DNA from: Mobula hypostoma
Lineage: Eukaryota
Direction of reading: 5' to 3'
Length of the DNA: 64,000 nt
Assembly: GCF_963921235.1 (NCBI RefSeq)
Contig: NC_086108.1
Span: 96,660,001-96,724,000, forward strand
How positions within the stretch are numbered: position 1 is the first letter of the stretch; the number at the start of each line of letters is the position of its first letter. Position numbers and translations under genes: made by a program. The notes under the pieces are model-generated. The model ran no database searches, was not told the origin of the DNA, and was given only the letters and a program-made list of their open reading frames with translations. This document shows positions 27,201 to 39,200 of this stretch, in pieces.

Positions 27201-30200
27201 ACAGACCAGGTTTATGAGGTCCTGCTGGTACAAATCTGACCATTTAGACTAGCACGCCTTATTCATCACCTGGTTGCATTTCCTACCCGGAAAAACTCCA
27301 GTTTCAGTCTGCAGATGTGGCCTATGCAAATTCCCAAGGCTTATTAAATCATTCAAATAGGTCTTTCACTGATTTTATAGTTTCTTAATTGTTTTCACAG
27401 TGGAAGAAATACTTTCCCATTTATTAATGCTGCAGTATGTCTACCGCCTGTCCTACAGGAATAGGCTCCTATAATTGAAGCAACACACAGTGAACATCGC
27501 TGTCATTTTAGTTATATTATTTATTTCACTGTTTGCTTCTAGTTGCTATTTTGTTAGCAAAAATCAAAATGAACAAAGTGCAAGCTCCTTTGGCAATTCA
27601 AAGAGAACCTCAAATTTGAGAAATAGGCATGGATTATAGATGCACAATGATATTTAACTCTCATGTACACGTTTGTCCAGTATCTAGATACCATTCATTT
27701 TCAACTATCACATAATCAAAGTTGCGCCCTATATCAAATTAGTCAATGAATCCCCATTATAGCCTCAAATAAACAACAAAGAATGTACCAGTCCTCAAAG
27801 ATTATGTCTATTTTGGCATAAACAAAATCTCAAAAAGTCTCTTAATATGTCCCAAATCCAAGCTCCTGAGATTGAAGAAGATCAGAGGCCCGAGATCATA
27901 GGACAACATCATAGTTCATAAGTAACTGGATTGTAACCCAGAGGACTAAAAACAAGGATACAAGTTAAATCCTACCATACCAGCTGGGAGATTTACATTA
28001 ATTTAATTAAATCATCTACATTAAATTTAAACGATTTATCCAAAGTAATGGTGACCATGAAACTGCAAACCCAACTGGTTCACTATTTCCTTCAAGGAGG
28101 AAAATCTGTCAGTCTCCAGCAAATTATTTGACTCTTAGCCTAATAAATTACTGAGGTGTAATGAAGATCATTTATTAATGCGCAATTAAAATAAAACTAG
28201 ACAGGCTACCTGGTGAGAATATTAGTGAATCTGGACAAGCAAGTCATTCATTTGCAAGAGTTATCTCACTGACTATTCAAGCAATAGATTAGCCATAATC
28301 CCAGGTACCACCATTAAATTTTCCGGTTAAGTCCTATTTCAATTGCAATGCAGATCCACCAGTGGTGGTATCACTGTTGTATGAAATCAGTGAGAACAAT
28401 ACTCAGTCTTCAACATAGTCACAGACCTCCATAATATTTCAAAGTATCAGGCAAAAAATGGGTAAAGAAATCTGAAAATTACCAATTACCTTCCCTCAAC
28501 AGATTTACCAGTACTCCTCCACACTAAGCACGACATAGAAGAAGTATTGAATGTAGCAATGGCACAGAGTTTACTATGGATGGGAGACTACAATGTCCAA
28601 ACACAAGAGTGGCACAAATGTACAATTTTACTAACTGATACGGCTGGATTTGAAGAACACAGCTGCAGATGTTAAGTGAATCAAAATAAGTCTACTTGAC
28701 CAAATTATTACTATTGTATCTGCTGCAGATGCATCAGTCAATAACATTACTGGGAGGAGTAACCATCATAAGGTCTGTGTATCGATAAGATTACATCTTC
28801 ACTCTTGGGACGTCTTGGTTCTAGATGTGATAGACATAAAACAAATCTGGTAACTCTAAACTCTAAAAATATCCATAAGGAATTGTGGACCACCTGCAGC
28901 AGTAAAAGTGTACACCAACAAGATCCATTACTTGTGGTGGTACATTCTTCATTCTATCACTACTATCAAGCCTGTGGACTGAGCTTAGTACACAGAGCTA
29001 AAAAGCACAAGCTCTACTTAAAAAAATTGTCCCATCTGTTGAAGTTACAACAGACAATTAAAAGGCAGCTATATCAACAAAGGTGGCATGTCATAGACTG
29101 AATAAAACAATCACACAATGAACAGATTGGGTAAAAGCTCTGCAGTCCACTACATACAGTGCTAGAAAACTGAACAGCTAATACGAGATGAGAATCCAAT
29201 AATTCACCTATCCTGAAAGATGGCAAAGCCTAGCACGTGAATGTTGAAGGTAAAGGTAAGGCATTTGTAACCACTTGGAAATGTTGAGTGAATTATCCAT
29301 TTTAATTCTCTTTTGAAGTGTGCACCCAGAAATGTTGACTGCATATCTCTCTCTCTCTTGAAGTTATTGACAGTGCTTTCAACCAGCACCAGTAACCTAT
29401 GCACTGATATTTTCTTTTGATTTTAGGTTCTTAGACTTAAATCATTTTGGAACAGACCATTCAACCCATTCTGTCCATACTTGCTCTATATAGTGTAATC
29501 TAATCTGTCCCATTTTCCTACTCATATTGTGCTTATCCAATTTCCTTTTCAAATTATTAACCTTCTCTACTTCCAGAATGTCTATTAGGTACAGTGTTCC
29601 AGATAGTGTGAAGAAATGTTCTTCCTTGCATCCTCTCAGTATTCCCTAGTTCCTACACCACCAGTTTATGTAAGTAACTTTTCCACTGGTTACGTTATCT
29701 AAACCTGTCATAATCTATAACTCTGTGGTCTCCTCTCAATTATTTTTGCTTGAAGAAGAATAATCCAGTTTAACCTTGTCACTGAAATCTCTTGCCCTGA
29801 AAACATTATGGGAAATCATTACACTCACTGAAAGAAGGTTCAATGTCCATTCAGAAATCAGATGGCAGAGGGGAAGAAGCTGTTCCTGAATCATTGAGCG
29901 TGTGCCTTCAGGCTTCTGTACCTCCTTCCTGATGGTAGCAATGAGAAGAAGGCATGTCCTGGGTGATAGGAGTCCTTAATGACAGATGCCAACTTTTTTA
30001 GGGATCGCTCTTTGAAGGTATTTTTGATACTACGGAGGCTGGTGCTGATCATGGAGCTGACTAAGTTTACAACTCTCTGCAGCTTACTTCGATTCTGTGC
30101 AATAGCACCCCCATGCACCTCCCCCACCCACCATACCAGAGAGTGATACAGCCAGTTAGAATGCTCTCCATTCTAACTCTATCTACAAGGATTCTACAAC

Positions 30201-33200
30201 TTCTGATCCTACAGCATGTCACCTCTTTCTAAGGACTTGATTTAATTTTTTACCACCAGAGCTACCCCAACCCCTCTGTCTACCTGTCTGTTCTTTCAAT
30301 ATAATTTGTATAAATTTGCGAGTGTTTTAGGTGACATACCAAATCTCAACTCCTAATGAAATATAGCCACTGTCATGCCTTCTTTGCAGCTGCATCGACA
30401 TGTTGGATCCAAGTTAGATCCTCAGAGATATTTTTACTCCAGAACTTGAAATTGTTCACTCTTTCCACTTCTGATTCCTCTATGAGAATTGGTATGTGTT
30501 CCCTCATCTTACCCTTTCTGAAGACCACAATCAATTATTTAGTCTTCCTGACAATGAGTGTAAGATTGCACTCAATGTATAATGATAGCATTATCAAAGT
30601 TTTGCCAGGAATACTCAATTCCAGATAACATCACAGTGGTAGTCCAGGTTTGCCAGAGCTGTTTTTGGCAGGGAGATGGGAACCAGAAATGATAGGGCTG
30701 AGAATGTGGCAGTTAGCATACAAGTATATGCAGTGTGAAGTGAGACTAAGAGGAAGGACAGGAAGATAATTGGGCAAAATTGCAGTCAGTGGGATGTACT
30801 GAAGTGCAACTTTGGGGCAAAATCAAAAAAGGTCATGAATACAGGTCTGAATGTATTATATTTGAATGCACACGGTATATGGAATAAGGTAGACAATCTT
30901 GTAACACAATTAAAGTTTAGCTGGTATGATGCTGTGGGTATCACTGAGTCGTGGCTGAAAGAAGATTGTAGTTGAGAGCTTAACATCCAAGGATACACCT
31001 TGCATTGAAAGGACAGGCAGGTAGACAGAGGGGTTGGGTGACTCTGTTGGTAAAAATAATTAAATCAAATCCTTAGAAAAAGGTGACCTACTGTAGGATC
31101 AGAAGCTATAGAATCCTTATAGGTAGAGTTAAGAAACTACAAGAGTAGAAATACCCTAATGGGAGGTAAGCCTCAAATAGTAGCCAGCGTGTGGTATACA
31201 AATTAAAATGGGAGATAGAAATGGAATGTAAAAATGGCAATGTTACCGTAGTCATGGTGGGGGGGTGGGGGGGTGGGGGGGGTTCAATATGCAGGTAGAT
31301 TGGGAAAATCAGGTTGGTACATTTCCCAGAGAGGAAATTTGTAGAATGCCTACAAGATGGCTTTTTGGAGCAGTTTGTGGTTCAACCCACTGGGGAAAAC
31401 ACAATTCTGGATTGGGTGTTGTGTAATGAACCAAATTTGATCAGGAAGCTTAAGATAAAGGAACCCTAAGGAATCAGTGATTATATGATAGAATTCACCC
31501 TGCATCTTGAGTGGGAGAAGATAAAGTCAGATGTATCCGTGCTGCTCATAAGGCTACTTAACAAGAGCCCATGGTATTACAGGAAAGGATACTAACATAG
31601 ATAGAAGATTGGCTGATTGAAGGAGATAGAGTGGGAATAAAGAAGGCCTTTTCTGGTTGGCTGCCAGTGACTAGTGGTGTTCTGCAGGGAGGTCAGTGTT
31701 GGGTCGGCTTCTTTTCTCATTAGATGTGAATAATTTGGATGACGAAATTGATGGCTTTATGGTCAAGTTTGCAAATGATACAAAGATAAGTGAAGCAACA
31801 ATTAGTGTTGAGGAAATAGGGAGTCTGAAGAAGGACTTAAGCAGATTGGGAGAATGGGCAAAGAGGAGGCAAATGGAATAAAGTGTAGAGAAGTGTATGG
31901 TCATGCACTTTGGTAGAAGGAATAAAGGCATAGACTATTTTCTAGACAGGAAAAAAATTCAAAAATCAGAGCTGCAAAGGGACTTCAGAGTACTTGTGCA
32001 GAATTCCCTAATTGTTAACTTGCAGGTTGAGTCGGCAGTAAGGAAAGCCAATGCAATTTTCGCACTCGTTTCAATAGGACGAGAATATAAGAGCAAGGAT
32101 ATTATTGAAAGAGTTCCTCTGAACTGTATTCTAGGACCAACCATTCTCAGCTGCTTCAGAAAGGACATTCCTTACATCATTATATCAGAAGTATGGATGT
32201 TTGCCCCAGTGATGATCCAATTGTTTATTTTAATTCACAGTAAATTTAATAGGTTAATGCCAGGGATGATGGAGCTGATTTATGAGCTGATTGGATTGTA
32301 GTAAATTTATAGATGATCTAGTTTTAAACATTTCAGATTCTGAAAAGGTTTGACAATGTAAATACTAAGATGTTGCTTCTCCTTTTGATAGAGTCTAAAA
32401 CTAGAGGATATAGTTTCAGAATGATTGTTCATTTAAAACGGTGAAGAGGAGGAATTTCTCACTCAGAGAGCCATAAATTTTGGAATTCTCTACCCTCAAG
32501 AGGCATGAAGATTGAATCGCTGAATATTTTATTTTTAGTTTTCATATTATTGAGATACAGCTTAGAAAAGGCCCTTCTGGCCCTTCGAACCCAGCCACCC
32601 AGCAAACCCCAGATTTAATCCTAGCTAGTCACGGGACAATTTACAATAACCAATTAATCTACCAACCAGTACGTCTTTGGACTGTGTGATGAAGCTAGAG
32701 AACCCAGAGGATACCCATGCAGTCACGGGGAAAATGTACAAACTCCTTATAAGCAGAAGTGGGAATTGAACCCAGGTTATTGTGCTGTAGAGTGTTGTGC
32801 CAACCACTATACTACTGTGCCATCATCAAATATATTCAAGGTATTAAATAATAAGGAAAGTGAAGCCAAGGCTAAGATCGGATCAGTTTTGATCCAACTG
32901 AGTGATGCATCCAACTTAAGATACCATATGGCCCATTTCAGTTCATATTGCAATGTTGTTTCACCATGCTTCAGACACTGAAACATTCCATGCCCATGCA
33001 ATAAAACATAGTCAGCCTTAGCAAGTAATATTCATGCTGCACAAGTGCTAATCTCCAACCAAAAATAGTCAAAGACCTAAATATGATCAATGGGATTAGC
33101 ATTGAAGAGTTTCCCACCATCAACATCCTGGGGTTATTCACCAGAACCATAACTAGAGTAACTAAATACATGCAGCTGATGATGCAAGAATAAATCAGCG

Positions 33201-36200
33201 GTTAAACATCCTGTGACAACTGCCTTTGTTTCATTTTGAAGGCATAAGTCAGGCATGTGCTGAAATATTTGCTTTATTGAGTACAGCCTCAATAACACTC
33301 AAGAAGCCCCATGCCACTTGAGCAAAATAGCCCATATCCCATCCTAAATATTCAGTTCCTACACTCCCTGCATTCTGTGCCTGCACTGTACTGCTTCTGC
33401 AAAATGCATGCAGTCACCCTTGTTGGCTACATCAACATACTTTTCAAACCTGCAGCCTCTGTCACCAAAAAGAACATGGACTAATACTGGTCTGCAAGTT
33501 GCCCACTAAGTAACACACAATACTGGCTGGCTACTATATTGCAAGCCCCTCACAATTGTTGGCTCTAAATCCTGCAAGTATCTAACCAATAAAACTGCAC
33601 AAGTACTGGTATATGGACCTCTGGTTTCCCTCTCCTGAAGTCTACTATCAGTTCCTTGGTCTTATTGACATTGAGTGAGAGGTTGTTGTTATTACACCAC
33701 TCAGCCAAGTTTTCAATTTCCCTCCTGTATGTTGATTCATCACCACCTTTGATACAGCCCACAACAGTGGTATTGTTAGCAAGCTTGCATATGGTGTGAA
33801 GCTGTACTTAGCCACACAGTCATAGCTGCAAAGTTAATAGAGCAGGGGGCCAGGTACACATCCCTATGGTGCTCCTGTGCTGATGAAAATTGTGGAGGAG
33901 ATGTTTTTGCCTCTCCGAATAGACCGGGGTCTACAAGTGAGGAAACCAGGATCCAATTGCACAAGGGGGAATTGAGGTCCATGTCTTGGAGCTTACTGAT
34001 TAGTTTTGAGGGGATGGTGGTGTTAAATACTGAGCTGTATCGATAAAGAGCATCCTGATGAATGCATCTTTGCTCTCCAAATGTTACGGTGTTGTGTGAA
34101 GAGCCATTGAGATAGCATCTGCTCTAGACCTGTTGCTTCAGTAGGCGAATTGGAGCAGATCCAAGTCGCCATTCAGACACAATTGATACACCAGCCTCTC
34201 AAAACACTTCATCAAGTGTACAGCGAAGGACATATAACCGGAGACGAATAGTGCATCGTTTTGGCATATGATTCATTTGCGCATACAGAATGATTTGCTA
34301 TCCTTTCAATTAATTTATACTGATGCTTTATACATTATAAAGCCTACTACTTCATTTTCCCCCATCATTACATAATCAAATTTAGCCAACAGCCCAGTCA
34401 GCAAGCAGCTCAAAGCCAAGGTTTTGTTGCAAGGTTATACCAATTTTTCTAATGCCTTCATCTACAAAATTAAGCAACCACTTCATTATAGTACAAGAGT
34501 AACTGACAAAGCAATAGACCTTTTTGGTCTAGATATTGCTGTAAAATATGGGCATGCACAGTGATACCATCACCCATGAATTAGAATATTCGAAAATGAA
34601 ACAGTCTAGAAAGATTTATATACTGTACAAGACATAATTTACATTTGATCATGCAAAACCAAATGATACAAAAGACCTGGAGGAGGTAGTAGTTTTTACA
34701 TAACTGAAAATGTAATTGGCTGTTCAAATTAGAAATTCCATATGGCATCAATGAACTATTGAATTTCATTACTGCCAAATGAGTGGGTGCTGGAACCACC
34801 AGATCCTGAATGGTAGTTTCTATGCATATATTTATCTTACTTATTTAAGAAGGGCTTTTTGGAAGCATCTTCCTGATAAAACTGAGTTAGTCATGATCAA
34901 ATTTACTTCCGTCGATCCAGTCTCATTTTCTTTGATTTTCCTTGAACTCTGAAATGTAAATTAAACTGTTATGTTCGTCATTGAATCTTGAGGTCATAGA
35001 ATCCACTGATTGTATGATAATTAAGTCAGTGCTGTGAATTTACCATGCTGTTTGAAAAGCCCTTGTCTGATTGACAATACAAGGGCCATGATTTGGCTAT
35101 CAAGTGACAATCTGTCATTGCAGACTATTATAAAAGGTTGAAATGTTGAACCTAGGAAATATGCTACATTTCCACCACAAAGTGCAAATAGGACTAGCCT
35201 TCTAAGGATTGGTTTGAGGTTAGGTACTGCCATTATCTGTGAAGGATAGTCAAACAATTTACATTGACTATAAATAAAATAAATTAGAGTTTTGTATTGT
35301 TCCAAGAATGGGGGTGCAGGAATGGAACCTGGTGTAGTCTATCCATTTCAAGGTTCGACATGTTGTGCATGCAGAGATGCTCTTCTGCACACCACTGTTG
35401 TAACACGTGATTATTTGAGTTACTGTCACCTTCCTGTCAGCTGGAACCAGTTTGACCATTCTCCTCTGTTCTCTCTCATTAACAAGGCATTTTGCCCACA
35501 GAACTGTCACTCATTGGATTTTTTTGCTTTTTGCACCACTCTGTAAACTCTGGAGACAGTTGTTTGTGAAAATCCAGGAGATCAGTAGTTTCTGAGATAC
35601 TCAAACCACTCCCTGTGGCACCAACAATCATTCCACTGTCAAAGTCACTCAGATAACATTTTTTTCCCCATTCTGATGTTTGGTCTGAACAACAACTGAA
35701 CTGCTTGACCATGTCTGCATGCTTTTAGGCATTGAGTTGCTGCCACATGATTGACTGATTAGATATCTGCATTAAGAGCAGATGTACAGGTGTACCTAGT
35801 AACTTGGCCATTGAATGTATATATCTGGATTTACCACAAATTCCAAAACATTTCACTTTATTTACTTATTATTGAGAACACTTAAATTTAGCTATCACGG
35901 ATAATTCACAAAAAAAGATAGCCCTTCTATTTTCCAACCACTTGGAGCCACTGCAAGAACATCAAATGGCACTCTGAGAACAGACTTAACTTACATGAAA
36001 CTGAACTGGTTTCATTCTGAAAATTAGGAATATTAAAACTCAAAAATTGTGAAGATATTGATCATATTGATAAAAAATAAATGTAAGTAAAGCAATCTAA
36101 ATAAGACAGTGGTGAAGTTCCAACCGTTAAAATTCAGAAATAAAACATTTATAAGTGTGATAATTAAAGATAAATGTAAAGAAAATGTTCCAAATGTCAT

Positions 36201-39200
36201 AAATCCATCAAAAAAATTATACATACTGTGCCAGTGTTTCAGATGTAGACAGAGAAATTAGGAAAAAGTATTCTAATCTAATATTGTCTCAAGATCAAAA
36301 GGGTTATATTAAAACATCTTACAGCAAAATACTAGAAGTGTTTTGGATACTCTGGCAGAACTAATGTATATTTTGCAATTTTAATATCACTGGCATACAT
36401 TGAGGAATTTGTTAACTTTGTGACAGCAGTACAATGCAATACATAACATGGAGAAAAAAACTGTAAATTAATGTGTGTGTGTGTATATATATATATAGTA
36501 GTTAAATAAGCAGTGCAAAACAAAGAAATAAAAAGTGGTGAGGTAATGTTCATGGGTTCAATGTCCATTCAGGAATCTGATAGCAGAGTGGAAGAAATTG
36601 CTCCTGAATCAGTGACTGTGTGCCTTCAGGTTTCTGTACCTCTTTCCTGATGGTGGCAATGAGAACAGGGCATTTCTTGGGTGGTGGGTTCCGTAATGAT
36701 GGAAGCCGCCTTTTAGAGGCACCGCTTCTTGAAGGTGTCTTGGATACTACAGCGGCTAGTGCCATGAAGGAGCCGACTAATTTTACAACTCACTGCAGTT
36801 TACTTCAATCCTGTCTAGTAGCCCTTCCCCCCTTTATACCAGACAGTGATGCAGCCGGTTAGAATGCTCTCCATGGTACATCTGTAGAAATTTGCGAGTG
36901 TTTTAGGTGACACACCAAATCTCCTTGAACTCCAAAAGAAATATAGCCACTGTCTTGCCTTCTTCATAACTGATATGTTGGATCCAGTTGGGTCCTCAGA
37001 GACACTGACACCCAGGAACTTGAAATTGCTCAGTCTCTGAAGGTCAAGAAGTTGCTAGCATTGTAGCAAACTTTGTGATAACAAAATTAACTTGTTGCAT
37101 TTAAAATCAATATTTTAAATCTGAAAAGATATTCTGATATTGATGCATACTTTTTTCCCAATTTGTATTGATTGACTTACTTATTACTACACAAAGATAA
37201 GACATTTAACCAATTCTGTCTGTGCCAGTTGCTATTAATCCCATTCCTCCTCTCTATTTTTGAGTAATTCCATGACATACAAAGGGTGATTGACAAGTTC
37301 GTGGCCTAACGTAGAAGGAGTCAGTTTTAGAAAACCTACACATTTATTTTTCAACATAGTCCCCTCCTACTTTTACACACTTAGTCCAACAGTCGTGGAG
37401 CATACGGATCTTGGACCTCCAGAAAGTGTCCACAGCAGGAGTGATTGATAAATTCGTGGCCTAAGGTAGAAGGAGATGAGTTATACAGCTCTCGTTGCAT
37501 GCACATGCAGTTCAACTCTTTCAGTGATTATGCAGAAAGTTTGAAGTTAATAACTCATTGGGGTGATTGATAAGTTTGTGGCTTAAGATAGAAGGAGATG
37601 AGTTATTAACTTCAAACTTTCTGCATAATCACTGAAACACATTTTAATTCCACATCCCATTCCCATTCTGACATGTCTATCCACGGCCTCCTCTACTGTA
37701 AAGATGAAGCCACACTCAGGTTGGAGGAACAACACCTTACATTCCGTCTGGGTAGCCTCCAACCTGATGGCATGAACATCGACTTCTCTAACTTCCGTTA
37801 ATGCCCCACCTCCCCCTCTTACCCCATCTGTTACTTATTTTTATACACACATTCTTTCTCTCACTCTCCTTTTTCTCCCTCTGTCCCTCTGAATATACCC
37901 CTTGCCCATCCTCTGGGTCCCCCCCCCCGCCTTGTCTTTCTTCCCGGACCTCCTGTCCCATGATCCTCTCGTATCCCTTTTGCCCATCACCTGTCCAGCT
38001 CTTGGCTCCATCCCTCCCCCTCCTGTCTTCTCCTATCATTTTGGATCTCCCCCTCCCCCTCCAACTTTCAAATCCCTTACTCACTCTTCCTTCAGTGAGT
38101 CCTGACGAAGGGTCTCGGCCTGAAACGTTGACTGCACCTCTTCCTAGAGATGCTGCCTGGCCTGCTGTGTTCACCAGCAACTTTTATGTGTGTTGCTTGA
38201 ATTTCCAGCATCTGCAGAATTCCTGTTGTTTGCATAATCACTGAATGAGTTGAACTGCATGTGCATGTCACGAGAGCTGTATAACTCATCTTCTTTTACC
38301 TTTGGCCACAAACTTATCAATCACCCATCTGTGGACACTTTCTGGTGGTCCAAGATCCGTATGCTCCACGACCGCTGGACTAAGTGTGTAAATGTAGGAG
38401 GGGACCATGTTGAAAAATAAATGTGCTAGGTTTTCTAAAATTGACTCCTTCTACCTTAGGCCACAAACTTATCAATCACCCCTCGTATTTTCTCTCAAAT
38501 GTTTACTAACTCTTAGTTCGTTTACCACTCATTTATCATAAGGGCTAATTCACAGTAATCAATTCACCTGTCAATTTGTTTTTGTGATGTGAAGGAAATA
38601 GGATCACCTAGTAGAAACCCATATGGTCACAGGGAGAACATGTAAAATCCACACAAGCAGCACCTGTGGATAGGTTTCTTGAGCTGTGAGGCAGCAGTTC
38701 TACCTGTTCTAACCACTTGCCACTGTGTTTGAAAGCTTTCAAGGGTAAGAGAAAGAGTTAATTTTTTTTAAAGTTGTAACAAAACAATAACAAAAATCTG
38801 TGTTACAGAAAGGTTTAAATAATTAAATAATATTTGTTAAAATTTGAACTTTATCTTCAGTGCACAGTATTTTGATTAGCTATGAAACTAATATTTCAAT
38901 TATACAATTGCCTAACTTTGCTTTCTGTTCCAAAGAATGCAAGGACAACAACAGGGCTGAGTGTCTGGCAAAATAATGGAAACAGCTAAGCATGATTTTA
39001 AAAAGGAGACATGAGATATTGTGGATGCTGGAATCGGTAACAACAATCTGTTGGAAGAATTCAGTAAGTCAAGCAACATCTGAGAAGGCAAATTATCAGT
39101 CAACGTATCAGGTGGTTCAGATGAGAGGTCTTTACCTGAACTGTTGACTGTCCATTTCCCTCCACAGATGTTGCCTGACTCACTGAGTTCCTCCGCAGTT

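Larger units (their letters stand above)
37280..38485. mobile_element. Mariner-type foldback MITE (about 600 bp), split by a Penelope insertion
   Basis: TA on both flanks; TIR C(A/G)A(A/G)GGGTGATTGA(C/T)AAGTT(C/T)GTGGCCTAA; long inverted arms; internal TIR copies near 37440, 37560 and 38290-38325. Confidence 0.88.

Noticed and set aside
31257..31282. G-tract as a functional G-quadruplex
   Set aside because: Simple homopolymer expansion inside a dead CR1; nothing supports function
32760..32821. tRNA gene (also 60838-60895)
   Set aside because: A and B boxes belong to SINE heads; no complete cloverleaf
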